Under the pieces are notes generated by a model, which did no database searches, had not been told where the DNA came from, and saw nothing but the letters and a program-made list of their open reading frames with translations. The position numbers and the translations under genes were made by a program. Of a stretch of DNA of 64,000 nucleotides, positions 9,088 through 20,225 are shown in pieces (the first letter of the stretch is position 1; every line of letters begins with the position of its first letter). Origin of the DNA: a virus; the IMG/VR virus record IMGVR_UViG_3300047496_000382; one strand, written 5' to 3'.

Positions 9088-10571
9088 TCAGACGGCACCT
9101 AGCGCTTCTGCGCTCTGCTGGACGGTCTTCAGGTTGTCTTCGAGGGACTTGATGGTCTTCTGGGCTTCGTCGAGGAGGGACACCACCCTCTCCAGGTTCT
9201 GTGTGCCGAGCTCGTTGTTGCGGAGGAGCAGGAGGAACATCTCCTCGAGGTCAGAGCGCTCAATAGTCTTGAGGGTCTCTTCGCCGCGTTTCTCGGTCTC
9301 CTGCGGGAGCAGCGCGTACGCCGCGCTGAAGCGCTGCTGGAGTGCGCAAAGCAAGTCGGCCTCGTCAGGTGAGTAGCCATAGCCGCCACCTTCGGGGTCG
9401 TGCTGGATGGCCGCTAGCAGCTCATAGAACTCCTCCTGCGCGAGGTCGTCATCACTCGTACCGCGCGCAATGGAGATGTTCAGCTGGTCAACGACCTCGT
9501 TTTTCTCATCACGGTCCCCCTCGAAGTCGTCACGAGCAAGGTCCGCAACCTGGTCGTCGCGCACGGATTTCAAGTACTCGAGCGCGTGGTACGGGTGCCA
9601 TACCCTGCGCAGGAACTTCTCGCAGAGGTAGTCTTCACCAAGCTGGCCAGCGAACCACTCAAGGCCGTAACCAAAATCACTGATGACGCCGTTCTTACAA
9701 CTTCGCACGGAGACGTCACCAACAATGACGATGCCTTCGGGCGAGAAGATGAAGCACGTGGTCAGCATCCGACGACCTGGGCGCGTGCCGCGCAGCGTCA
9801 CGTCCGGCGGATGAAGGTAGAAAATGCGCGTGCCCGCGACGAGGGCAGGCACTTCAGTCAGAACATGCTTTTCGAGCAGACGCCGCGTCGAGGCGTGAAC
9901 GAAACTACTACTTGCCATCCAGGTCTCCGATGCGTTGCTCCATCATGTACTTCTCCGTGCAGAGGGCATCAGCGCAGACACTGCCTACCGCTCGTCGGTG
10001 TGTCTTCCAGTACCGTGCGGTGCACCGCGCCACTGCTTGATGCCCAGAGGTCTCGGCTGCGTGCGCGGTCCAGTCTTCAACGGCTGCGAGCTTCCAGGTG
10101 CCGCTGGCGTGGTGGAAGAACGGCCAAACTTTCAGCTCATCGCGAACGCGCACGAGGACATCGCTTTCCTCGTACGGCATCTCCGCCCTGTACCAGAACG
10201 GCCACTTGCCGTTCGTGATGTATTCCCAGAGGTAGTACTCCGCCCAGCCGCCGCCTCCGTACGCGCCGATGAGCTCAATGGCGCGCACAACATCCGGGTG
10301 ATTCTCCATCTCAGTCCTTTCCGTAGGGAGTGCCCCGCCAAGGGACTTATGCCCCCTACGGGAGTCTGTTTTCCTGTGAGCGTCAGGGCTTCCACGTGGG
10401 CGGTACATACGTCCACGGCAAGGTCAACTTCGTGAATTCGTCCAGCTCCGCCGTCAGCTGCCTCTGCAACGCCGCGCGCTCACGAATGAGCCCGAACGTT
10501 GGAGAAGGTGCCGTAGCGATGCGCTTGTCGAGCTCACAAAGTTGAACCGCACGTGTGTCGATGATGCTCAT
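9088..10571 (-). other. Three hypothetical CDS (9088-9918, 9908-10309, 10383-10571)
   Basis: ORF track with starts refined by SD; codon pattern consistent with the coding strand. Confidence 0.65.
10346..10353 (-). promoter_or_regulatory. GGCATAAG -10 element (phage class; upstream element degenerate)
   Basis: Same octamer as at 24442, 37570, 44490, 52547; about 36 nt upstream of a start codon. Confidence 0.5.
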
Positions 10572-10615
10572 GGAAACACTCTCCTGGATGTCGTGTCAGC
10601 GCGCTGAAATGAGGA

Positions 10616-11299
10616 CTACTTGCACTGCTCCCCACGGAGCCAGCGCGCCTTCAAGTCGCCCAGGGTGCCCCGGAACCAGCTGAAGTCTGCGTCGACGCCG
10701 TTGGGCAGAGCGAGGCCACCGTCACCGTCGAACTGCCAGGCTGCGGCAGCGAGCCACGGCTTGGGGACGGTCGGAGCCGTGATGTTCGCGTACTGGGCCA
10801 CCCAGAGGTCGCAGTGCGTTGCGATGTCGGCCATGCGCGCCGGCGCAGCTTCGTAGAGCATCTGGATGAAGTACACGTACGAGTAGAAGATGGGAGGGGT
10901 GCCCCACAGGTCGATGGTCTTGTTGATGAAGACCTGGAGGCGAAGCACTGCGTCCGCAGGCGCCACGCCGCCGATGGTCTCGAAGTCGACCACCGGCTTC
11001 ATCTTGACCAGCTTCTCGGTGGTCGCAGCGTAGTGCGTGGCCTGCCCCACCGCATCGAACTTCGGGTTGAAGAAGTGGTAGCTGCCAACGACCTCGAGGG
11101 CCTGGTCGGCACGGTGCTGATTCTGGAAGAAGAGCGGGTCGATGTAGCCCGTCCCTTCCGTGGCCTTGATGATGGCGAACTGAACTCCGGCCTTCGTCTT
11201 CAGTGCATCGAAGTCGACGACCCCCTGGTTATCGGATGTATCGACACCCAGGGTCCAGCCCTCGTGTACAGGGTATTTGGTGGAGTTCAGCTGCGTCAT
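10616..11299 (-). CDS. GH25 muramidase (endolysin)
   Basis: GVDTSDNQG, FAIIKATEG, GSYHFF, PVVDFE, LWVAQY, WQF...VDADFS. Confidence 0.92.
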   Translation of the reverse strand: MTQLNSTKYPVHEGWTLGVDTSDNQGVVDFDALKTKAGVQFAIIKATEGTGYIDPLFFQNQHRADQALEVVGSYHFFNPKFDAVGQATHYAATTEKLVKMKPVVDFETIGGVAPADAVLRLQVFINKTIDLWGTPPIFYSYVYFIQMLYEAAPARMADIATHCDLWVAQYANITAPTVPKPWLAAAAWQFDGDGGLALPNGVDADFSWFRGTLGDLKARWLRGEQCK

Positions 11300-11315
11300 G
11301 GTCAAGCTCCTTGGT

Positions 11316-11825
11316 TCACTTCGCCGTGGCGTTCACGCGCGAACGCTGCACCAGCTTGAGCGAAACCTGAAGCTCGGGGAAGCCAAGCGGTTCAGGGGGC
11401 GCAACAGAAGCAGAACCGACGGTCGCCGACGCGGGCACCTTGGTCTTCAGGTCATTGACAATGGCGACAACTTTCGTGACCGCGTCGGTGACATCGCCGA
11501 TGAGCTTCGAGAAGTCCGGGTTGGGGGTCTGCGCCTCGAGGGCTGCCTGGACTCCGTCGTCTAGCGCGCCCAGCGCGGTGTTCACCGCCAGGACGGCCTT
11601 GTTGTAGTCGGCCTGTGCCGTGACGAGTTCCGCTGCCGGCAAATAGACCTTCAAGCTGTTCCAGGCGACGTCGGCGATGCCGAGTGTGATGCGCGCCCCC
11701 TCCTCGAACGTCTGCACCTGCGCGACGGGATTGTTCTTGAAGTTCTGCCACCACGCCGCACCACACGCAGGAGTGACGCAGACGGTAGTGACGAGGAGCG
11801 AGAGCGCAACGAGCTTCTTCAACAT
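11316..11825 (-). CDS. Lipoprotein next to endolysin (possible spanin-like lysis component)
   Basis: Signal peptide MLKKLVALSLLVTTVCVTPAC followed by an amphipathic helical body. Confidence 0.5.
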   Translation of the reverse strand: MLKKLVALSLLVTTVCVTPACGAAWWQNFKNNPVAQVQTFEEGARITLGIADVAWNSLKVYLPAAELVTAQADYNKAVLAVNTALGALDDGVQAALEAQTPNPDFSKLIGDVTDAVTKVVAIVNDLKTKVPASATVGSASVAPPEPLGFPELQVSLKLVQRSRVNATAK

Positions 11826-11835
11826 GGAGTCTCCT

Positions 11836-12438
11836 TCAACGACCGAACCGCGAACGGTTCGCGTACTCCGCCTGCCCCAAGAGCTCGCGGAATGCGGACT
11901 CTTCGGCAGGGAAATTCCTAACCTTGTGCATCGCCAAGAAGATGTTGCCTGCGGTGCGCGCATCCACGGCGGCACGATGCGCATCTTCCTGCGCGACACC
12001 GTAGCGCCCGGCGACGTCGCCGAGCTTGTTGACCCGCGCGTTGTCGAAGTAGCGCGCGAGCTGCAGCGTGCACGCAGTCATGGAGGGGCTCAGCGCGCTG
12101 TGGCCCAACCGTGCGAGCTCCTGGTTGAGCATCTTCAGGTCAAACTCGGCGTTGTGCGCGACCCAGAGCGCGGACGCGAGCTCGAGCTGGAGCTCCATCA
12201 CGATGTCTGCGAAGTCAGGCTTGCCCTCGAGGTCCGCCACGTTGATGTGGTTGATGGCGAGCGCCTCCTGGACGCGAGAGTTGCCCCAGTCGACGTTCTT
12301 CGGCTTCAGGAGCCGCGACCACTCGTTGACGACCTGTCCCCCTTCGAAGGTGACCACCGCCACTTCGAGGATGCGCGCTTCGGGGCCGAAGCCCGTGGTT
12401 TCCGTATCGATGGCGACGAAGCTGTCGTGATAGTTCAT
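11836..12438 (-). CDS. DEDDh 3'-5' exonuclease (DnaQ/Pol III epsilon-like)
   Basis: FVAIDTETTG, VAHNAEFD, HRAAVDA. Confidence 0.93.
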   Translation of the reverse strand: MNYHDSFVAIDTETTGFGPEARILEVAVVTFEGGQVVNEWSRLLKPKNVDWGNSRVQEALAINHINVADLEGKPDFADIVMELQLELASALWVAHNAEFDLKMLNQELARLGHSALSPSMTACTLQLARYFDNARVNKLGDVAGRYGVAQEDAHRAAVDARTAGNIFLAMHKVRNFPAEESAFRELLGQAEYANRSRFGR

Positions 12439-12446
12439 CGGCTCTC

Positions 12447-12989
12447 TCAACTGGCACGCGGAGGCAATAGCTCCAGGTGCTCGGTGTTCTGTTTGTGCAC
12501 GCCACGACGTTTGCAACGGCGACAGCGTCCGCCTCTGTCTGCGTCTGCACGAATCTCAAACATCTCGCGCGCGGCGCGAAGCATGCTGGCATCTCCTGGA
12601 ACAACACCCATCGCGCGCTCGGTGAGCGTGATGCCCAACTCGACGTCGTTGTTGCCGGCCAAGAAGGCGCTGGCGTACGTCGCACCGAGACGGAAGGGAA
12701 GTGAGTCTTCGTTCAGCGCGCGCAGCACACGCTCATGGAACCGGGGTAAGTCCTGACAGCACGCCGCGCCGATGATGAGGTGCAGCGGCTCAAGCGAGCG
12801 AGTACCGCGCAGTCCCTGAAGAATCGCCCCTCTCAATGCGTCGAAGCCGTGCCGCCTGTGAAGCGCAGCTGCCGCGTTGAGCGCGATGTACCGCTTTGCG
12901 TGGTCCTCGCCGAGAGTCCCATCTTGTTTTCGCAGCTCATACCAGTGCTGCAGGACGCAGAGCAGCCGGGGGACGAACGACTCGGCCAT
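12447..12989 (-). CDS. Hypothetical all-helical (TPR-like) protein with C-terminal CxxC
   Basis: ORF track; TAGGCT -10-like element 12 nt upstream. Confidence 0.6.
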   Translation of the reverse strand: MAESFVPRLLCVLQHWYELRKQDGTLGEDHAKRYIALNAAAALHRRHGFDALRGAILQGLRGTRSLEPLHLIIGAACCQDLPRFHERVLRALNEDSLPFRLGATYASAFLAGNNDVELGITLTERAMGVVPGDASMLRAAREMFEIRADADRGGRCRRCKRRGVHKQNTEHLELLPPRAS

Positions 12990-13030
12990 GTGGACGGGCG
13001 GAGCCTACTGCGTCGGGAATCTGGGGGATA

Positions 13031-13061
13031 GAAAGACAGGCGCACCCCGCAGGGCACGCCC
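13031..13061 (-). terminator. Intrinsic terminator
   Basis: GGCGUGCCC-UGCG-GGGUGCGCC followed by UGUCUUU. Confidence 0.7.
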
Positions 13062-13066
13062 ACCTC

Positions 13067-15029
13067 TCACAGCGCGCTGAAGAGGACCGAGGGTCCTGGC
13101 GTGCGCGAGATGACCTTCTTGGCTACCAAGCGCCGAAGGCGGCCACGCAAACTGCCCGAGTCGATGGTAGTACCGAGTGCCTGTGCGAGGTCACGTGTCG
13201 AGGAGAAGGGCTTTTTCTTGATGGCCTCGATGATGGCCTTCTCGGTGACGCGCGGTGCCTTGTATGGATGCCGAGGGTCTTTCGGCAGCGGGGTCGCGAC
13301 GGTCGCGTTCGAGGTCTTCGGAGCAGTCGCTTGGCGGTTGTTCTGGTAGCTCATCTCGCTGTCCCTCCTGAGACGAGAAGAGTTGTTCCGCACCTTCTTC
13401 TTCTCGTCAAGGACTTCTTTCGCCCAGAACCTCGAGACCGAGCCACTGACGCCCCGCGTCTGTTGCGTGATACGTCGCACCGACCGACGAAGCGCCCACT
13501 TCCTGCACGAATCCCTTATTCTTCAGCGCCAACGTCGTCGCGTTGAAGAGGGCGTAGAGCCCCGCTGGTCGTGCCGACTTGCGCAGGAACGTCTCTTGCG
13601 TGCCGCTCAACTGCTCCTTCTTCTGACCCTTCGCCATCATTTCTCCTGAACATAGAAGTTCGACTCACCCTCGGGACACTCGCTTTTGAGAAGCATGAGG
13701 CACCGCGTGATGCTGCGCTCGCCGGTACCGAACGACTCGGTGCAGTGGTCGCAGCGACTGCACTTCACACGAACGCCGGGCTGCTCGCCACCGCGGTCGT
13801 TCTCAACCATCACCTCTTCGACTTCGCACTCAACCTTCACGACTTCCTCTTTTTCTTGTCTTGCGCGTGGTGGCAGTCGAAGCACCAACGGTAGCGCGAC
13901 TTCTTCTTGCAGCTGACGCACTTGTGTTCGGCGCGCTTCGGCGTCGGCGTGATGTCTAACGCAGCGAACTTCCCGAGCACCGTGCGTAAGGCGAGCTGAC
14001 GTTCCACCGAGGTATTGGGTAGGACACGGCTGAGAGCCCAGACGACCTCCTGGGCCTCGGCCACGGTGAGGTTGAGCTGCTTCATGTACCGGCAGGCCTC
14101 GGTGGCAGGAGGTGCCGCGTGAAGGAGGTCTGCTTCAGACGCATCCGAATGTGCTCACCCATGTACCAGCCCAACAGCGCCTGTGACGCAGCACGCATTG
14201 CCGGCGTTCGCCATCGATACGCCACCTGCACTGTGAGGCGTCCGAGCGGCATGCGCAAGAAGGCACGGGTCGCGTGCTTCAGTTGCGAAAGCGTCTTCGG
14301 GGCAAGTGGAGGTTTGGGGGCTACGAGGCGATGAAAGAGGTCATTGAGCGCGTTGGCGGGCACGGAGCCTCCTGAAGGCAGCGTTCTCGTCCATCCGACG
14401 AATCTTCGCATCGATGACCGCGATGGCAGTCTGGTGACCGGCCTTGCTGTCGAGCAGCTCGCAGCGGGCACACTTCGACCAGGAGTACACCTCCTTGCGA
14501 AGAATCGGCTTGTCGCAGCGACTACATTTGCCCGCGACCATCACGACTTCTTCTTTCCGCTGCGCGCTTTGTACGGTTGGAAGGTCAGCTTCATCGCCTC
14601 TAGCTCTCGCGGCTTCCAGAAAGTCGACCCGTTGGTCACGCGGAACTGTGCCTGGGAAGAGGGGCGCCACACGTCCCCTTGCTTGTCGTACCACGTCAAC
14701 GGTTCACCCTCTGGAGTGAATAGCGGACTGAAGTGCACGTTGAATTTGTCGAACAGCTGGATGTCGACGCGGGGGTGAGGCACGCATTTCCGACAGACGT
14801 CGTTCTGGTAGAACTCGAGCAACTCGTTGAACTTCCCCGTCACCGGGAGCGTGCGTAGAGCGAGCAGGTCGAAGAAGGACATCTCGACGCTGCACGCAGG
14901 ACACGTGACTTGGGGCTTGTTCCACTCCAACACGTTGGCCAGCCGCAGCTGCGTCTCGACGGGCGCGCCCTCGTTCAAGATGACGCGAATCTCGAGCTCG
15001 ACGACTTCACCACTGCACTTGTTGCTCAT
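13067..15029 (-). other. Run of seven small coupled CDS (13067-13354 and 13407-13640 HTH-like; 13637-13840, 13837-14085, 14082-14363, 14341-14541, 14541-15029, mostly Zn-finger-like)
   Basis: GTGA/ATGA overlaps; STRDLAQALG...LRGRLRRLVAKKVI helix-turn-helix pattern; several CxxC pairs. Confidence 0.6.
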
Positions 15030-15277
15030 CGCCCACGCCTCTGTGTCCGTCCGTCCGCATCTGCGGAGTCAGCGCCGTCTTGCGGAAACGCGCGCAACAG
15101 CAGGCCGTCGTTCCATGACAACGTCACACCGACGTTGAGTCTGACGGCCAGTGAGCCGTCGCGATTCAGCCAGCAAACACCGAGGCGATTGCCGTGCTTC
15201 GCGTTGCCGAGACGGCCCATCAACACGTGCGTCGGCTTGGTCGAAGTCTGGTCATCGTCACCGAAATCTACTGCCAT
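15026..15277 (-). CDS. Small DUF736-like (putative ssDNA-binding) protein
   Basis: RLGVCWLNRDGSLAVRLN motif; SD GAGGAG. Confidence 0.45.
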   Translation of the reverse strand: MAVDFGDDDQTSTKPTHVLMGRLGNAKHGNRLGVCWLNRDGSLAVRLNVGVTLSWNDGLLLRAFPQDGADSADADGRTQRRGR

Positions 15278-15312
15278 CTTCTTCTCCTCTGGGCGATTCT
15301 TCCGCCCCTACT

Positions 15313-15341
15313 CTTGTACTCGAAAATGACTTGTTCTTGCC
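15313..15341 (-). promoter_or_regulatory. Phage-class promoter CAAG-N17-TACAAG
   Basis: Exact 17-nt spacing shared with eight other sites. Confidence 0.65.
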
Positions 15342-15353
15342 AGAACCAGTGGC

Positions 15354-15359
15354 TACGGT
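15354..15359 (+). promoter_or_regulatory. Leaderless-type -10 TACGGT
   Basis: 7 nt before ATG 15367; no SD. Confidence 0.55.
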
Positions 15360-15366
15360 GCGCGCC

Positions 15367-15834
15367 ATGACGCCGACCACCCTCCTCGCCTTCCTCACCG
15401 CGTTCGCGTTGTCGCTCTCGAACGGGAAGTACATCCCAAAAGACCGACTCGACGAGAACGTGCGTGCGGTGCAGACAGTCGTCACCGAAGACGGCGCCAT
15501 CGACTTCCCTGGAAGCACGCCGGCCGAAGATGTTACGAAGACCGAAGAACTCATGCTCGTGATGGCCAACTACGAGACGGCCTTCGACAAAAGCCCAGTT
15601 GGCGACGGGGGCCGCTCGTGCGGTCCAATGCAGACGAACCCGTTCTATGCGCATCTCACGTGTGACGAGCTGAAAGGCAGCTATGTCGTGGGGTACCGCG
15701 CGGGGCTCAAGATGCTGAAGCACCACATTGAAATCTGCCGCGGCATCGAGAAGGGTCTGGGGCGCTACGCAACGGGCACCTGCGGCGGGGCTCCAAAGCT
15801 CGTGAAGTTCCGACTCAGCCTCATCGGACGCTAG
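15367..15834 (+). CDS. Lytic transglycosylase (SLT/lysozyme-like) with N-terminal hydrophobic anchor
   Basis: TLLAFLTAFALSLS anchor; MANYETAF (catalytic E); SCGPMQTN; GLGRYATG. Confidence 0.75.
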   Translation: MTPTTLLAFLTAFALSLSNGKYIPKDRLDENVRAVQTVVTEDGAIDFPGSTPAEDVTKTEELMLVMANYETAFDKSPVGDGGRSCGPMQTNPFYAHLTCDELKGSYVVGYRAGLKMLKHHIEICRGIEKGLGRYATGTCGGAPKLVKFRLSLIGR

Positions 15835-15874
15835 AAGAGAAGAGGGGCCGGGTCACTCCCGGCCTTCCTCATTT
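15835..15874. terminator. Bidirectional terminator between convergent genes
   Basis: GGCCGGG-TCACT-CCCGGCC hairpin flanked by A/G-rich and T-rich tracts. Confidence 0.7.
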
Positions 15875-16700
15875 TGGGGCTTCGATGGCGTTGAACAGTG
15901 CCCAGGCGATGAAGCTCAACGCCGCGAGAGTGAAGGTCAGGAAGAGGTGCGCGAAGAAGCGACCCCGCCGCTCCTTCCATCGACGGTCAGCCGCCGGCGG
16001 CCCGTACACTGAGGCCCTCCGCCTGACATTTCACGCAGCGTCCGCCGATGGCACTCAGACGTTGCTGAAGCCCATGCTTCGGACAGTTCTCCTCCCACCA
16101 GCCATTTCGTGAGCCTGGTGGAGAGGGCGGCATGCGCCTGGTGGTCTCACGTCGCTCCTGTGCCTGCGCACGTTGGTTGTTCGCTTGGTAGCCCATCAAC
16201 TGCCCTCCTCGTCCATGCACTCCACCAAGAGGTCGTGGAACTTCTGGCAGAGGCGCTCCGCGCGCGCAGGGTTGATGTCGCCCACCACGGGCACCATCAC
16301 CGCGGTGCGCAGCTCATCGTCTGCAGAGTACGCGAGCACGGGCCTGCCGTGCACGAGGTAGAGGCCCACCTGGATGGTCCTCGGCGCGCGTGCCTTCCGC
16401 GCAGCCGCGAGGTCGATGACGTTCCCGGGCTTCGTGTCGCGGTCCCCTCGGTCAGCCATCCGGCTTCTCGGCGTTGCCCAGGTACTCGAAGACGTCAATG
16501 CGCGCCTCCACAGGGTCACCGCCGATGCCCTCGAGCGCCTTGGTCACGAGGTTCAGGGCGTGCTGCCGAAGCGCCATCTTCACCTCGTCAGCCGTGCTCA
16601 CCGGGAAGCTGCCCGTGACCTCGAGGACCAGCTTCGCGCTGAGCGTCACCTTCGCGCGCTTCTTGTTCTTCTCCGCCGGCGGCGCCGACAGCTTCTTCAT
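15869..16700 (-). other. Four small CDS (15869-16009 membrane peptide not in track, 15987-16196, 16196-16459, 16452-16700)
   Basis: Manual translation; coupled starts and stops. Confidence 0.55.
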
Positions 16701-17047
16701 TGGAAGACCTCCACCAGCTTGTTCCTCGCACGAGCCTGCCTCACCACGTGCATCGTGCCCGTCGAAATGCCGTCCCAGAAGGCCACCATGCGCGTGCACT
16801 CCTCGGCGATGGTGATGTTGCGGATGAGCGGAGCCCTGGGACCGTACAAGTCGTAGTTCGGCTTGTGGATGCGGACTTCCATCCCGAGCTGGCGCGCTGC
16901 TTCTTCCGCCGCCGTGTCCACCCCGACAGCACCACCCGAGAGGATGATGGTGCCGTTGGGGAGGAACGAGACGTAGTCCTGGACTTCATGAAGCCGCGCC
17001 TTCGGCCACCCACGAGAGCCGACGATGGCGACGACCTCTTGGGTCAC
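16697..17047 (-). CDS. SLOG/DprA-like (YspA/DUF2493-type) protein
   Basis: VAIVGSRG, LSGGAVGVDTAAE, RNITIAE...VAFWDGISTGT. Confidence 0.85.
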   Translation of the reverse strand: MTQEVVAIVGSRGWPKARLHEVQDYVSFLPNGTIILSGGAVGVDTAAEEAARQLGMEVRIHKPNYDLYGPRAPLIRNITIAEECTRMVAFWDGISTGTMHVVRQARARNKLVEVFQ

Positions 17048-17630
17048 CGCGCCTTCTCGCAGTACAGCTTCAGTGGAGCTTTGCTGTCTGCGTAGCCGGC
17101 AGCCACCACGCAGTGGATGAGCCCCATACAGACAGCACTGCGCATGCCGAAGAAGGTGTAGTCACCGTCGCGGGAGTAGTGCATCTCCTGTGATGGAGGA
17201 CGATGCGCCCAGTAGGACAAGCGCGAGTTGACCACGAAAGCGCCGAGGTAGAGCGCGAAGTGTGGCTCGCCGAACCAGTGTCGCGTATGGTCTTCTGTCT
17301 CCGTACAGTTGGCCTCTCCCGTCGACAGCAACAGGGAGAGGAGTGACGCGAAGAAGACCATCACTCTCGACAGGCCTCCTCCGCCCACTGTTCCGCCGTG
17401 AGGAAGTGGAACTCCGCCAACTTGCCGTGACCGTAAGCACCGACGTCGATGCGCGTGAATGCCTCCCAGTGCTGCAGCATCGCGAGGAAGTCCTCGCCCT
17501 TGCCCTGGAAGCACTTAGAGTCGTATGCGGCGACCGGACCGTCTACGCGCTTGAACCAGTTGGTCCATGTCGCAGTCTCTACCTTGTACTCGAAGAGCAC
17601 GTAGCACTTGGTTGCGTCGATGTCGGTCAC
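17044..17630 (-). other. Two hypothetical CDS (17044-17361, 17361-17630)
   Basis: Coupled ORFs; the first has a hydrophobic N-terminus. Confidence 0.55.
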
Positions 17631-17691
17631 GTTGTGTTCCTTTCAAGAGTCACGCTTCCGGGCGCGGGTACTTCGCTGGTATCTTGGGAGC

Positions 17692-18129
17692 ATGAACAGC
17701 TCGACCATCTACGGCGCCACAGGACCCACCCGCGAACACCTCGTCGTTGCCGGCGTTGGTGCCGAGGTCGCGAAACTACGACGAGACACCGAGAAGACCA
17801 CGGGGTCCGGTGTTCAAGTGATTTCCATCACCGACGGGTCCGCCGTACCGGAGCTCACGACTTCCGGAACGAGTGTGGTTTTGAACACGAGTGGCCTCAG
17901 CCCTAGTGTGCCCCTGCCGAACGGTGCCGACGGCGATGAGAAGGAAGTAGTGAACGGCGCGAACGGCCAAGGGGCCGGCGGCTTCATCTTCCTCGTGTGC
18001 AACAACAACATCGGCAATGACGCGTACGACCTACCGTACGGCGCGGCCGTGAAGCTGCGTTGGGTCACCGCTCTCGGCGGCTGGGTAGCGACGAACTACT
18101 GCGCGAACGTCAACGCTTACTGGGACTGA
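17692..18129 (+). CDS. Putative virion decoration/structural protein (leaderless; TATCTT at 17680-17685)
   Basis: G/T/N-rich beta-type sequence resembling fibre C-termini; -10 element 6 nt before ATG. Confidence 0.5.
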   Translation: MNSSTIYGATGPTREHLVVAGVGAEVAKLRRDTEKTTGSGVQVISITDGSAVPELTTSGTSVVLNTSGLSPSVPLPNGADGDEKEVVNGANGQGAGGFIFLVCNNNIGNDAYDLPYGAAVKLRWVTALGGWVATNYCANVNAYWD

Positions 18130-18130
18130 C

Positions 18131-20225
18131 CTACTCGTGCGGGGGCGGCACGGGTTCCTTGACGGGAGCCAGCGGCAGTGGCGCAGCAGCCGGAGGCACT
18201 CCTGTTCCTTGTGCAGTGAAGCAGACCTCGCGGTCAGTTCCGGTCACACGAACGAGGATGGTGCCTTCCGGCTGCTTGGTGGGGTCGACGGGCGTCTTGG
18301 TCGCATCACCCTGCACGTAGACGAACTTGGTGGCCATACGGTGAGGCTACCAGAGGTTCGCCCTCTGCTTCCAGTGCTCAGAGCTCGATGCGCAGAGCAT
18401 GCGTGCGCGACATGAACGCGTGGTCCTGCAGAAACACCGGACGACGCGTGACCAGCTCTTCTTCTTCCAGCATTTTGACGTCCACGGGCTCGTCAGCGTA
18501 GTTGCCTTTCTTGTTGCCGTTCTTCAGGAATACTTGCGGCTTTCCAAAGCCAAATCCGAAGCGCCCGCGCGTCACGGAGAAGTTGAAGTGTACCGACGGG
18601 TGACTGGGAAGGTTCGCACGGTCGTGTACTAGCCTCTCGTCCGACAGCGCGAACAAGTAGGTCGGTACGTGGAGGCGCACGATGACCTCCCCACCGCACG
18701 ACTCCAGCGTCGGTTTCTGCTTCCGGCGCCCCTCCTTCTCCTTTGCGTAGCCTTTCTGATATTGTGCCGCCCACATGTACAAGCCGAGCATCAGACCACC
18801 TTGCCCTTCGCACGCAGCGGCTTCTTGCCGGCGAGCTTGAGCTTCTGGAGCGCCGTCTTGAACGTGGTCGCGACATTGGCACTGACCGTCAGCTCGTCCT
18901 TCTCGAAGTGCCGCAGCAGCTCGACGGCTGCGTCGTTCTGGCCAAACTTCACGTGCTCGCCGACCCGGCGGGTCATCGCGTCCATCGCCGTCGCGCGCTC
19001 GAAGTGCTCTCGCACCACGGTCACGACAGCATCCGACAGGCCGGGCAGCCCTTGGTAGAGCCGCTTGTAAACTTCGCTCTCGAGACGCGCACCCTCTTCG
19101 CCGAGGTCGTTGAGTCGGTCGATGAGCGTTCGGCGACGCTTCTCACGGTCCTTCACCATGGTGCGGAACTCGAGCATCGTCATCGTGTCGGGGAGCTCGG
19201 AGATGATGATGGTCTGGGTCACCTCGTTCAGCTCCTCGAGGTTCTTGTTCCCCTGTTCCTTGAGCACCTCCAGACGCGCGAGCTTCTTCGCCGTCTCGAC
19301 ATCGATGACAGCCACGGCGTCCTTCAGTGTCGGGAGGTTGGTGAGGACTTCATCAGCGCGCTCCTGCGCGAGTGTTTCGAGCTCCTCCACGCGGCGACCG
19401 CCCACACTCGACACGCGGTAGCAGTGTCTGCGCGCATCGTCCTCGGTAAGAAACTCGTTCGAATTGAAGTAGTCTGAACGTCCCTCCTTCGCACGAATCA
19501 CGTGCTTCGGTCCAATGAAGTGTCGACGCTCTGCCGTCTCGAGGATGATGTACGCGGCGCGGAGCAGGATGTAGCGCGAGGCCTGTGACCGGTCCGCGAA
19601 GGTCCGCACGAACTCGTTCTGACGGGTCTCGCTCCATGTGGCGAGCGCGGTTGTCGGAAGAGCCTGGGTCATGGCGGTGACTTCGTCGTGCGACGTGCTG
19701 TTCATAGTGTTCTCTCTTTTCTCTGGTGGTGGTTGGCGGTGTACTTCAACGCTCGATGTGCGCGCGGTACAAAGAGACCACGAACTTGGGCGCGGAGTTG
19801 TTCTTGATTTGTGTGGACGCGACAGCAGTGCTCTCGCCTGTCGCGCGGAACGCCTCAACGTAGCTGTCGACGTGTTCTTTTCTTGAAGACGTGCCTGACA
19901 CCCCCGTCCACATTTCGATAACTGCCACGGCATGCTCCGCAGCCTTGCGCGGGTCCGCGAAAACGCGAACGGAGTCCACGCCGTCGTACGGCCCGTCGTC
20001 TTTTTCTCGTCGGCCGCCGACGAGGTCGCGTGCCCGCGTAGTAACGACGAACGCCACGGTCGGTGACCAGTACTTGTCGTAGGCGTCCTCGAGAACACTC
20101 CTGCTTCTGTTCTCGTCACTACAGTCCAGGCACAAGGCCAGGCCGAGGTAGTGGCCGATGGCGGGCTTACCGCACGGTGATTCAGCTCCTCGAGCGACGC
20201 GTGCGCACTTCAATTCCACGGGCAC
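18131..20225 (-). other. Four hypothetical CDS (18131-18337 leaderless, 18378-18791, 18791-19705 coiled-coil, 19746-20225)
   Basis: ORF track with starts refined by SD or coupling. Confidence 0.6.
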
